DNA of 64,000 nucleotides, from the IMG/VR virus record IMGVR_UViG_3300024317_000003. The stretch is one strand, 5' to 3'. The position numbers and the translations under genes were made by a program. Under the pieces are notes generated by a model, which was not told where the DNA came from, did no database searches, and saw nothing but the letters and a program-made list of their open reading frames with translations. Origin of the DNA: an uncultured virus (IMG/VR IMGVR_UViG_3300024317_000003) (taxonomy: Duplodnaviria; Heunggongvirae; Uroviricota; Caudoviricetes). This document shows, one piece after another, positions 58,001 through 64,000 of this stretch; positions within the stretch are counted from its first letter, which is position 1, and each line of letters starts with the position of its first letter.

Positions 58001-58762
58001 ACCGAGCAAACCCCAGGCGAGATTTTGACCAACGAGCGTTGCGATCGACGCTGCGGCTTTCTTGGGACTCTCTTGATACTCCTTCAGCAACTCAGGACTG
58101 TCCGCGGCCGCCATGTAAGCGTTCAGTGCGGCCTGTTGACCGAGCACGTCGATCGTCTTTTGCGCCAGCGGATTTTCAAACGTGGTTGATCCTGACTCGA
58201 TGCTCTTGGCCAATGCAGATGAAACCGCGCGGCGCGCGAGCAACCCAACGCTTGGCATCAAAGCCCCGATGACAGCCGACTTCACGTTGAACCGGCCTTG
58301 ATCGTCGACACCAAACAAACCGCCAGCGGCAGCGGAGTGCGCGAGAAACCCGCCCGGAACGGCCGCCAATGCTGCAATACGCGGAGTGTTCTCAGCAAAG
58401 CCGAGCCCGATCTTTGCCGGGATCCGTCCATACCAGGGCAGCCGTTCTGCGGCCTGCTCGACCGGCAACGGTTTGCCTTCCATAACGGATTCAACCGCCT
58501 CTTCGCCGCTCGGAGCAAACCCAGCCAGCCCACCGGCTAAAGATTCCGCACCTTTGCTGACAACGCCGAGAATCCGGCCCGGCGCGCGCATGAACTGTTC
58601 GGCAGGAGATTCTTCCGGCTGGGGTGTGACTTGAAAGTCTGGAATGCCGACGTCTGTGTCGGTTTGTGGAGTCTCTTCAGGCGGCCGCGCAACGATCGCT
58701 GGCGGACCGGCCGCGGCTGGGGCTAACCCGACTTCTTCGTCCGTGTAAGTTTTGATCGGCAT
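49037..58762 (-). CDS. giant (~3240 aa) internal virion / polyvalent protein with a zincin metallopeptidase motif
   Basis: TAATG-coupled start MPIKTY. HEIAH...DEIAAR. Last of a run of Gln/Ala/Gly-rich ejection-type genes. Confidence 0.75.
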   Translation of the reverse strand: MPIKTYTDEEVGLAPAAAGPPAIVARPPEETPQTDTDVGIPDFQVTPQPEESPAEQFMRAPGRILGVVSKGAESLAGGLAGFAPSGEEAVESVMEGKPLPVEQAAERLPWYGRIPAKIGLGFAENTPRIAALAAVPGGFLAHSAAAGGLFGVDDQGRFNVKSAVIGALMPSVGLLARRAVSSALAKSIESGSTTFENPLAQKTIDVLGQQAALNAYMAAADSPELLKEYQESPKKAAASIATLVGQNLAWGLLGVPEFSNKVPSAAQRFIIDNAEKYANAAEKLFGNKLWIPNLEGRKAAMQQAYEEALQPTRRITLTVGEQPTEERTTDATGIGQQRSSEETQLPRVREGQNVPPYPAEVRQEESGQAASSGGPEPSAQGQAANPPDELLDPVQRKYPPGSPIRFYWPEGGSSHGVVMQHMPSGRIKIRVEGEEFPVFISDRQIREDAPPPAPAPAPPAPEPAPAAQAPAPAAPPAPPIPPVTLEAVERGKALIDQAMTLVRTRNLSAEDRSALGGEIENIRKGDLTGMQAQLERLKDAPLKPVKVARAFSGIEQFDRESEQLRGQIGEEDILDWIRNNNRMLSRSAALKRWGKQRFNQNKSLWDDAPTDLPMHHQMAIYSPTGDTPDNVAKAAARAGILRVDPNTATERDLWAAIDHASKTRRGATPEAEREARVQSEDERQFREWQDRTRQAEPGKEVPVTAERLGVGDKLEVDGQQIEVTEVDPDTGDVTLDDGQKFGVQKVREGEAVFYVQRLEKAAEADFTPEEPAAEPAKLELPKVPGPLPKGIPKADREEAFRQQRERWDKYNADVAAWEAAQPQNKPIIFRRANGSHSAITPDPQGGWRVTTFTKLYSDLDKLAPWGHERYNTRLEAVQGMLHGGRDGEIVDSIPEVMTEEDIRQENERRNAPAPAAREIEPMRLSGETKKFKKTDWGALRVVSEPTGKQPQIRVDEDGTRWAWKRSNPSNVWADRVLPEREIITPANDRQIGVNAAGEQLYERADGSVYRMRFDRGDRPNGYPDFGGDLAPFPHEPPPATPTLRPGETAGELFQGADQPFNLAGQTGVDADRIAAERAAAEARAKEAADLAARQQPELPTAQPMWHELTEEQKAEQKARARSLTVQQAVDAVNRKELDVNALTVQQWNAVQRQATETIMGAGAGEPEESPEPPKPAGAAAGTRVGKYVKGEDGWYLVDEQGNRRNLPRANKKISARLEGQAAAPPAPAETRSPVEILNQATRIRVRVPDGATMIRVTDAEGRTSIVSVEDANRGENVFRGADPAKIEAGFINSKRQFQKVKGEVTVEDTGRKTQSLEAAFPPGRPAKPVMTPEQVTAHIQQMFPGSQMIRVVNDPAARMSGQAHFDENFTKLLGIDVNAAAMRDAAHIKWVVEHEIAHAADKLGDVRPLLDGITDGEFMAILNDVKKRDYKLDAYGDEIAARSLQMLAADWKGRSWFEKLLGAILKLANDVGYKMTRLAAEKLAAKAMADATKLISDRSEVNSYSVTRTFQSLPLNAEEWSMKRFFDTLGLQAATIGGYLHRYTRQVEKAEELAVTDRARALDGMNQARELTELAQGMGGRANYYDAIANATSEGERSEVLGSAFDSISHYQWRGIDLRQKLDARREELNSESFRNKLERASRRRERAELAAEARQTFTQQMGASAGVIAQTLNNLRTIGAASEQMQADLARVQQLPGFDAGVAQRFDTIVNALAQSDRGISLLIAGGSRDGADIWNEYLATRFAAGQGIPQGDDFVLGQLASAVLSVNRDLRNQAASLSLLARDIITAQEWNRAASKIAQALQNDPVKAIPRILERAGNLGEREARAEAAYLALNRGIEHTLRDFNDYDQAVRLHDAVEADTEYKRWVNAVMNNPAIDGLLLPADARARMAEAGAPDPFFKYSGHQVYFSPQGTPYRIDMQWSPEQLQGVMRDFGSLRDEIDTWLRADENQHDPTRKYWTERRDLLENVMMSSSVWNPGAIHSLFWKGSFGIPENFFQQLALPSANLAFVATKSFDRYFTQGTGWYGSNRDVSESTLRRAFKGHGYNELQRKDYQQSYLNPIAWAFRNGREVHAGDVINGHTVTETDLSLLRAQGRMTNDVYERMWNTAKVTGAQGVMELPRLMDTFTGDAWGIRRPMEIGVQKNTTLPHSFSEHGKALAYLIHMEMERRNREQADLAKRVVAEAMTPEQRNAAAADITNRYYESLEKILDDPDRFANAVLGFMSERSENWVKLDGLSPFEQHYRDITQLVSSSDPTAPKTVQQVLDYITQRVPAEMTPEEVRAKFFGEWEKLVGRFEKMNAEAETGVRVTSDKRPTAFTQGWTQDLGPAYFYDYGWVNDGEMRRLSTDLAEFGYERMMESLRALKTDIAKATSELTGASPEVRPEIVKRTDAQYREGKDFRNLQLLQQKAIELDRIIAGMPKYVGQASVQAEGISLKSWSRPISLSVGGAVSGPRTSVRVAGLTGGGSAWKMGLVMMQLGYGRIRSWPSAAVSAIQSTFRLGASTMLGWYFPEKGFVPGIPLRLLLNIPKAGKAALANQGTERIYRAIEEALNGTTDEQFAALSFVEDQRKLGMIPNVFLGSRVANILSSSRTKGGVMAGPTRTPTTTAGNVWAATKLAVSKPWAMMEAFIAGTNVYLPGAFGYNVTYDAVARKAGSYIDMLGMAGRKTFENYERLGQLDRFNFDNLTDPKNKLQPWEVLPTFSLFRFVDPSNLPAWARPNSTNLQAARELFRTSTDTDLQDLLIRYFKRLSQTPPEERGAVEFLAPEETDPQRATERAEARARGIISRFVEQTHHSAPSNRPHYLRKATQFQAIMPFAGWTTQTIKLIDTALGKAAFSAERDGVSADTLAGLIMAGGLTGLFVLATGFLGGESETHAVRELDRLLHHKEGTVKTIEETSSVQEAAEVTLHDVTAGVPVINGLLNSILGLTGYRGGSAGFQGFVFDKINSFTTYARDVYRTRDITHGLDRLIEANFPITETLIENMSYRQGLQNNRNAVRVLQKLGPQDLVERRASLSIALPTEMTPFREALLEAIGSGDQKQVADAYQAFIQKATELGRTEPDKLARQMFSTLNPYRQAFGGVLTDQQRADTLGKASATQREMVETMEKNYALAAATLGLTADFEKQEKAPPLQRSAGAASGVGALSLGSSRAAGGGSAGIGRIGTGLRRVSLSGPKPPRIRLPGGLGVSRAQSGSQSARATPLRNVRGRLRARSTKARRLSVRAPRARSRRRISLSS
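57589..57774 (-). CDS. nested 61-aa basic protein in an alternative frame of the giant gene
   Basis: SD AAAGGA 6 nt before the ATG. MPLESGSSEAVKKRNFRE...KQRVAVVLSQARK matches the MPLKxGxS..N..E..KQAVAIAL..AR pattern of small phage proteins. Confidence 0.75.
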   Translation of the reverse strand: MPLESGSSEAVKKRNFREFGKGKTYRHTLRKFGKKKADKQRVAVVLSQARKGKRRIHRMSY

Positions 58763-59496
58763 TAGACATCTATCCAGTAGCTTCCCCGCCACCGTTTAGG
58801 TCCGGCAGGCGTTTGATAGATTTTTCCAACCTCACGTTGCCTTGGGTCTGCTGGCGGCGCGGGAAACTGGATGGGCGCCGCAGGCGGATTGTCCTGGGGC
58901 ACCGGCACGGGCGGATTAAACACCTGCCCCCAAGCTTTGGCGCCTTCAGGCCCACCGATTAACGCAGTTGGATCCACGTTGGGCATGAATGGCCGGACGA
59001 TGTTGCGTGCGCCAACGCCTGCAACACGAGCGATGGTAGCGCCTTCGCGTAACGCCTCAGGAGCAACAACATTGCGGTAGTAATCGATCGCCTGATTTCG
59101 CATTGCATCGATCGGTGCAGCGACCATTGCCAGATCGCTTGCAGCTTCTGGCGCTGCCACGTCACGAAACCATTGCGCCGCGACCGGCGCCGCGCGCATT
59201 GCCGGGCGAATCATGTTACCGGCTCCACGCATGGCAGCCGCTACAGGCGGCAGATAACTGAGCGCCCGTCCGAGTCTCGGAACAAATCCGGTATCGACAG
59301 CAGGCGCGTCATTCAAAGCGATCTGGCCTCCAAAACCCAACTGGGACGCAGGCGAGTTTGTGTTGCGCAATCCGCTGAACCAAGAAGCCCCAGGAGCGGC
59401 CGCTGGCGCTGGAGCTGGAGCTGCAGGTGCAGGTGCAGGCACTGCTTCCCACTCGTTCCAATCTGTCGGAGCGTTACTCTGACCCCAATCCATCAT
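58762..59496 (-). CDS. putative ejection/internal virion protein
   Basis: GGAGG SD, Ala/Pro-rich, C-terminal VGKIYQTPAGPKRW.G..W. Confidence 0.6.
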   Translation of the reverse strand: MMDWGQSNAPTDWNEWEAVPAPAPAAPAPAPAAAPGASWFSGLRNTNSPASQLGFGGQIALNDAPAVDTGFVPRLGRALSYLPPVAAAMRGAGNMIRPAMRAAPVAAQWFRDVAAPEAASDLAMVAAPIDAMRNQAIDYYRNVVAPEALREGATIARVAGVGARNIVRPFMPNVDPTALIGGPEGAKAWGQVFNPPVPVPQDNPPAAPIQFPAPPADPRQREVGKIYQTPAGPKRWRGSYWIDV

Positions 59497-60571
59497 TGGA
59501 ACCTCCAAGGCTCACGGGGACACCGTTGACCACCCGTGCAAGTTGACCTGTGCGCTTGTTGCGAATCACCTGACCCTCACTGAATGGATTGCGCGGGACC
59601 GCCGACATCTGCGGCTCGATCATCGGTTGCGATTGAGCATCCCAAACGCGCGGCGCAAACCCGGCCCAAGGCGGCGCTCCAGTGCCTGTGTCCGGAGTTG
59701 CGTCCGGAGTCTCTGCGGGCGGACCGCTGAGCGGGACCGGGTTCAGATTGACAGGCTGCATCGTCGTGCCGGTCCCTTGCGTTTGTTGCTGTTGCTGCTG
59801 CGCCTGCTTCAAAGCCTTTTTCCAGCTCCAAGTGCTGCTCGTGTCGGGATGAGTGATCTGGCCGTCTTCGCCAATGTCGAAGTCCTGATAATCGCGCTTC
59901 ATCGGCAACGTCAAGAGAGTGTTTTCGGCTATCCTCGCCAGCTTCTGTAAGCCGGGGATGTTCCTCTCCAATTCCTTGATCTGGTTTTGCCACAAGAGAC
60001 GCTGTGTTATGTTTTGCTTTTTAGCGGGCAGGTTAAGATCCGCGTCGACCTTTGCTCGCAGTCCCTCGATTTTGCTCTGAGCCTCCTGCAAATCAAACTG
60101 CGCTTTTTCCGAATCGTTGTGAGCAATCGCATAATGCTGCGCCAAGGCCGCGCCGCGCTGATCGACGCTGAATTCCTTGATCTTCTTAGCTTGCGCGATT
60201 TGCTCGCGTCCATACTCCAGTGACTTTGCGAACTGAGTTTCCTTCTGCTTTTGGGTATCGGCAAATTCCTTTTGAGATTCCTTAAACTGCTGCTGGAATT
60301 GGTCGGCCCTCTCACGCCGATCGGCCTCGCTCGCAGCCATAGCTCTTGCGGTTTGATCCGCACTTAACTGCCGCGCGATGTTCTGATCTTCCCGTTGCTG
60401 GTTCATCTGCGCGACCTGCGCGAGCCAGTTGTTTTGACGGTCTTCAGCTTGTGAGGCGCGCGCTAGGTTGGCTTCCTCGACACCGCGATTGAACGTCTCC
60501 CACTGTAAGCGTTGGTTCGCTAACGAATCAAAACCGGATCCGATTAGTGGTACGAAGTCAGCGACAGCCAT
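59474..60571 (-). CDS. putative ejection/internal virion protein
   Basis: Gln-rich coiled coil. Confidence 0.6.
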   Translation of the reverse strand: MAVADFVPLIGSGFDSLANQRLQWETFNRGVEEANLARASQAEDRQNNWLAQVAQMNQQREDQNIARQLSADQTARAMAASEADRRERADQFQQQFKESQKEFADTQKQKETQFAKSLEYGREQIAQAKKIKEFSVDQRGAALAQHYAIAHNDSEKAQFDLQEAQSKIEGLRAKVDADLNLPAKKQNITQRLLWQNQIKELERNIPGLQKLARIAENTLLTLPMKRDYQDFDIGEDGQITHPDTSSTWSWKKALKQAQQQQQQTQGTGTTMQPVNLNPVPLSGPPAETPDATPDTGTGAPPWAGFAPRVWDAQSQPMIEPQMSAVPRNPFSEGQVIRNKRTGQLARVVNGVPVSLGGSNDGLGSE

Positions 60572-60573
60572 AA

Positions 60574-62109
60574 TCAGCCAAGCGTTTCTTGCGGCACGTT
60601 CGCGTCCCCAATGTAGCCGCCCGGCGTGTAGCTCGTGCCCTGGTATGGAGCGGGACGGCTGTTGATCCAGTCGGCGTAGTCCAGCGGAACGCCGCCAGCG
60701 CCGGAAGCTCCAGCCGCGTAACCCGAGTAACTGGCAGGTTGATAACCGGGATACTGCGGCACGCCATACGCGTTAAGCCCGTAAGCTCCAGGGGGTGGCG
60801 GCCCTTGCGTCCCAGTCCCAATCGAAGGGTAAACAGGCGTACCGGCAGCCGTGACCGGCTGCACTTGGATCGGAGCGGCGCCACCGCCGCCAGTGGGCAA
60901 TGTGCCTGTTCCGCCCGTGGCCGGGAAGCGTGGGTAACGGTTTGGTACGCCCGGATATTCCGGCCCGCCATAGGAAAAGCCCGTCGGTTGACTCGGATAA
61001 ACACCGAGCACGTCCTGCAGACCTTGATAGTGCGCCAGCGATTCGATATTCGAGAGCTGGCCCAACTGCCCAATCTGTCCGGACAAAATCTGTTGCTGCA
61101 CAGCGGCAGGCACGCCGAGCGACGTCATCCATTGCGTAGCGTTTTGCCAGCTCATTCCGGCTGCCGCATTCTTGAGCTGCTGCACGAGCTGCTCTGTTCC
61201 CTGGCCGGATTGGAAAATCGCCGCAACTTGCGCCGGATTGAATTGTCCGATCCGAACAGTCTCGCGATTGGCGATGTCGCGCTGCACTGGAAGCGAGAGG
61301 TTCTGCAACAAATCGTACTGCCGCGCGATCTTCTGTTCCTGCAACGGCAGGTTCACATCCGCAACCGCCCGAGCGAGGATCGCCGAATCAGCACCACCGA
61401 GGCTCGTTGGGGTTCCAGACCCCATTTTATAACGAGCATTTTGGGCCATAAGCGCGGCCAACTGTCGATCTCCGATTGCTTGAGCGGCCAAGTCGTACTG
61501 CGGCAGAGTTGCTTGTGCTTGCGATACAATTCCACGCTCCGCATCAGCATTTTGGGCGTTGAGCGTTGCGTAGTCTGCAGCGTTGCGCCCGAGTGAACCG
61601 GCGTAGCTGGACTGCAAGGTTCGGAGGTTGTTGATCGTCGGGGCAACGTCGGTCGCTGCGGCCGTTTTGCCAAAGGCTGTTTTGCTCGCATCTTTGAACG
61701 TGCTCAGGTACGAACTGAAATCTTTCAATGCGCTCGAAGCGGAATCGGTAAAAGACTTCATCAGGTCCTGTTGACCCTGCGCAACATCGGGCTGCTTCGT
61801 GACTGAGACGGGCTTGTAACGCTGTGTCGGATCGTTCGGGTTAATGAACGTCTGCGTGCCGGGAACTTGCACGGTGCCGGGTGCGCCAGTCATCAACTTT
61901 CCGCCCTGATACATCTGGCCGGTGCGGGGCTCTTTTCCACTCCAGGGTTTGCCGGTCAAGACGGAGACCACTGTGCCGTCTGGCATCTGCACGCCGTAGT
62001 CGGCGCGCGTGCTTGGAGAGGGGTAACGCGGACCGGTCGTCAACGGATTGCCGTTAACATCATAGCCTGAGCTGCCCACAAAATTGAGATTTGGATCGTA
62101 AACGGGCAT
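60574..62109 (-). CDS. putative DNA ejection/pilot protein
   Basis: Gly/Ala/Gln-rich and helical, with no Cys. Confidence 0.6.
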   Translation of the reverse strand: MPVYDPNLNFVGSSGYDVNGNPLTTGPRYPSPSTRADYGVQMPDGTVVSVLTGKPWSGKEPRTGQMYQGGKLMTGAPGTVQVPGTQTFINPNDPTQRYKPVSVTKQPDVAQGQQDLMKSFTDSASSALKDFSSYLSTFKDASKTAFGKTAAATDVAPTINNLRTLQSSYAGSLGRNAADYATLNAQNADAERGIVSQAQATLPQYDLAAQAIGDRQLAALMAQNARYKMGSGTPTSLGGADSAILARAVADVNLPLQEQKIARQYDLLQNLSLPVQRDIANRETVRIGQFNPAQVAAIFQSGQGTEQLVQQLKNAAAGMSWQNATQWMTSLGVPAAVQQQILSGQIGQLGQLSNIESLAHYQGLQDVLGVYPSQPTGFSYGGPEYPGVPNRYPRFPATGGTGTLPTGGGGAAPIQVQPVTAAGTPVYPSIGTGTQGPPPPGAYGLNAYGVPQYPGYQPASYSGYAAGASGAGGVPLDYADWINSRPAPYQGTSYTPGGYIGDANVPQETLG

Positions 62110-62113
62110 GGGA

Positions 62114-62305
62114 TCAGGTTTGGCCGCCGCGCAAGGCGATATTTGTCTTCACTCTCCACTGCTCGACTTCTTCCTCGTGCTTCACCATCGATGGGAACCG
62201 ACGTTTTACGTCTTCAGGGTAAGGCGGGAATTTCTGGATCACTTGAGGCTGCGCGGATCCTTCCTGCAGTCGAGCGAATCGGTTCTTGTCTTCAGGCGAT
62301 GCCAC
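62114..62305 (-). CDS. hypothetical protein
   Basis: First gene of the ejection operon. Confidence 0.55.
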   Translation of the reverse strand: MASPEDKNRFARLQEGSAQPQVIQKFPPYPEDVKRRFPSMVKHEEEVEQWRVKTNIALRGGQT

Positions 62306-62384
62306 GTGTTTAGAGAAGGCAGCCGGGAAGATGCCTTATGTGCAGGTTCTAAACCTACAACACAGGGCGCGCAAGGTTTAATTT

Positions 62385-62612
62385 TTAGCCCTTGCCGACT
62401 TCGCCCAATGGCAGGGATGGTTGATAATGCGACGGGCTCGCCGCCCAGCGGTGTTTCTGATGCTTTTTCTTCCAGTGGATTAAGGCGAACTGAACAAATG
62501 CATCGGTTCTAAATTTTTTGGGCACGTTTAGCGTCCAGCGATCGCCGCACGTGTCGCAAGACAACACAACAGGAGTTGTTGTGCGGGTCAATTTCTCACT
62601 GCCTCTCGACAT
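62385..62612 (-). CDS. small C2H2-like Zn-finger protein (start uncertain)
   Basis: CDTCG...HWKKKH. Confidence 0.5.
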   Translation of the reverse strand: MSRGSEKLTRTTTPVVLSCDTCGDRWTLNVPKKFRTDAFVQFALIHWKKKHQKHRWAASPSHYQPSLPLGEVGKG

Positions 62613-63139
62613 CCGAACGTCTCGATTTTTGGCAGGACTTGATTGAACGCTGCCTTTGCGTCTTTGGCATACACGATTCCGAGTGTCGACATTTTCAGCA
62701 GAAACCACAGGTCGCGATCGAAGTCCTTTTGAGCACCGAGAGAATGGCTTACACCGATCGAAATAAGTTTCCCCAATCCAAACGCCATCCCAACCTCTGC
62801 AATCGTGCCGTAGCAATCGCAAGAGTCGATCCAGGCGAACACAACATCGGCGTGATGGATATTGCTAATGCAGTTGTGGAAAGCTACAGCTCGGCCCGAG
62901 GGTATTTCGCCACCACTACACCCCTCGTGCATCCCGTGATGCCCGGACACATGAGAACAGGAATGATCGCAACGGATAAAGAACGGCCCGACGTAGTTGT
63001 GGACGCCGTTGATCGCACTCTTGATAAACCCCTGACAAAGGCTCTCGTTGTCATAGCACTTAAAGCCGTCAACCAGTGTATGCCGCCAGCAGTTGGCTGT
63101 AATCTTTCCAGCAAAATAAGAGTTGATCGGATCTTTCAT
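62588..63139 (-). CDS. nucleoside 2-deoxyribosyltransferase-like protein
   Basis: YFAGKI...WR, YVGPFF, I..ADVVFAWI...CYGTIAEVGMA..LGK. Confidence 0.8.
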   Translation of the reverse strand: MKDPINSYFAGKITANCWRHTLVDGFKCYDNESLCQGFIKSAINGVHNYVGPFFIRCDHSCSHVSGHHGMHEGCSGGEIPSGRAVAFHNCISNIHHADVVFAWIDSCDCYGTIAEVGMAFGLGKLISIGVSHSLGAQKDFDRDLWFLLKMSTLGIVYAKDAKAAFNQVLPKIETFGCREAVRN

Positions 63140-63157
63140 GTGTCTCTGTATGGCATG

Positions 63158-63346
63158 TTAGCTTGCTATGAGTTTCTTTTCTTTCAGCCACTTTTGCCAA
63201 GCTCGTGTTTCTTCCATTACAATCCTCTCTAGTGGAACACCGTTGCGAGCCAGTGTGTCCGCGATCAGCTTCCAGACTTCTTTCCACTCTTTCCGCGCAG
63301 CTTCCATCTGCTCTTGCCTATGGTCGATAAAACCTTTAGCCGACAT
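63158..63346 (-). CDS. hypothetical protein
   Basis: Overlaps the helicase stop codon. Confidence 0.55.
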   Translation of the reverse strand: MSAKGFIDHRQEQMEAARKEWKEVWKLIADTLARNGVPLERIVMEETRAWQKWLKEKKLIAS

Positions 63347-63998
63347 AGGGCGTTCGCGCGACGTCGGGAAACTCTGGTTCATCATCCGACCTTGAAGCTG
63401 ATCCGAATCGGAATTGTTGCGGGAAAAACACGAGATCAAGCTCGCCGGTTGGGCCGTCTTTGTTCTTGGCAAAATTCAATCGGACTGTGCGCTGCCTCTC
63501 ATTGCTGAAGTCGTCACGAAACTGCGGATCGTAAAGCAGCCATGCTTTGTCCGCGTCATACTCGATTTGTCCCGAGGCTCGAAGATCAGATAGACGTGGA
63601 GCGCGCGGCTGTTTCTGTCCGCGCTCTGACTCCCTGTTGAGCGAGGAAATCAAAATCAAAGGCGCGTCAATCGATTTGCAAAGGTTTTTCGCGAACCGGC
63701 TGCCAGCGGTGATCTTTTCGTACTCAGACCTTCCGGGGCATTGCATGAGCTGAAGATAATCGATGATGAACAGTCGCGCGCCGCGTTGGTGCATCCTTCG
63801 GACAATGGCACCCAACTCCGCGAGTGTGATGTCGCCGCGCTCACTCACCAGCAATTTGTCTGACAACGCATTGATCCGGCTGAACGCGGTCGTGACTTTC
63901 TGGATCTCTTCGCGAGTGGCATGCCCACGCATCAAGGCACCTCCTGATACTTCGGCCGAAAAACAGGAAATGCGGTGCATGAGTTTTTTGCCGGATGT
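63336..63998 (-). CDS. dnaB: replicative DNA helicase, C-terminal part (5' end outside the window)
   Basis: IIDYLQLM, SSLNRESE, PRLSDLRASGQIEYDAD and AKNKDGPTG. Confidence 0.93.
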   Translation of the reverse strand, partial: TSGKKLMHRISCFSAEVSGGALMRGHATREEIQKVTTAFSRINALSDKLLVSERGDITLAELGAIVRRMHQRGARLFIIDYLQLMQCPGRSEYEKITAGSRFAKNLCKSIDAPLILISSLNRESERGQKQPRAPRLSDLRASGQIEYDADKAWLLYDPQFRDDFSNERQRTVRLNFAKNKDGPTGELDLVFFPQQFRFGSASRSDDEPEFPDVARTPYVG

Positions 63999-64000
63999 TT

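Larger units (their letters stand above)
1..64000. mobile_element. Tailed dsDNA bacteriophage genome segment (podovirus-like)
   Basis: TerL, portal, capsid, scaffold, nozzle-like and ejection-like proteins, Bet, exonuclease and DnaB. Genes are tightly packed with ATGA/TAATG overlaps. No tape measure or sheath gene recognised. Confidence 0.95.

Noticed and set aside
49037..58762. Giant protein as a tape measure protein or virion RNA polymerase
   Set aside because: No tail tube or chaperone genes are present and I could not identify polymerase catalytic motifs. Only HExxH is evident.
1..64000. Alternative genetic code or stop-codon reassignment
   Set aside because: The standard code gives dense, full-length genes, and all three stop codons are used at coupled gene junctions.

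Overview
The whole window is part of a tailed dsDNA bacteriophage genome, most likely podovirus-like. I see no host genes, integrase, tRNA or CRISPR array, and both window ends cut through genes. 1-6.7 kb (+) is a recombination/replication module: beta-clamp-like protein, Bet/RecT recombinase, HNH nuclease, PD-(D/E)XK exonuclease, a RusA-like locus and a GIY-YIG-Fis protein. 6.7-16 kb (-) holds holin-like membrane proteins, signal-peptide-bearing FN3/Ig/LamG proteins and paralogous decoration-like proteins. 16-25.3 kb (-) is a glycosyltransferase/FkbM methyltransferase operon with PolX, mosaic small genes and an XRE regulator. 26-38.7 kb (-) is the head module: portal, scaffold, major capsid, adaptor and a VWA-domain protein. 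38.7-43.4 kb (+) is an oppositely oriented block with terminase large subunit and a tail nozzle-like protein. 43.4-48.9 kb (-) carries an Asp/Glu racemase, a PurD-like ATP-grasp ligase and an HExxE protein with remnants. 49-62.3 kb (-) encodes putative ejection proteins, including a ~3240-aa HExxH-containing giant, and the window ends in a DnaB-like helicase. Four signals stand out. (1) A RusA-like resolvase whose motifs are split between two fully overlapping reading frames. (2) A racemase plus ATP-grasp ligase cassette suggesting D-amino-acid ligation. (3) A glycosylation operon together with a Thr-rich capsid C-terminal tail. (4) A small basic gene with its own Shine-Dalgarno nested out of frame inside the giant gene. 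All product calls come from motif recognition by eye; no database search was run.
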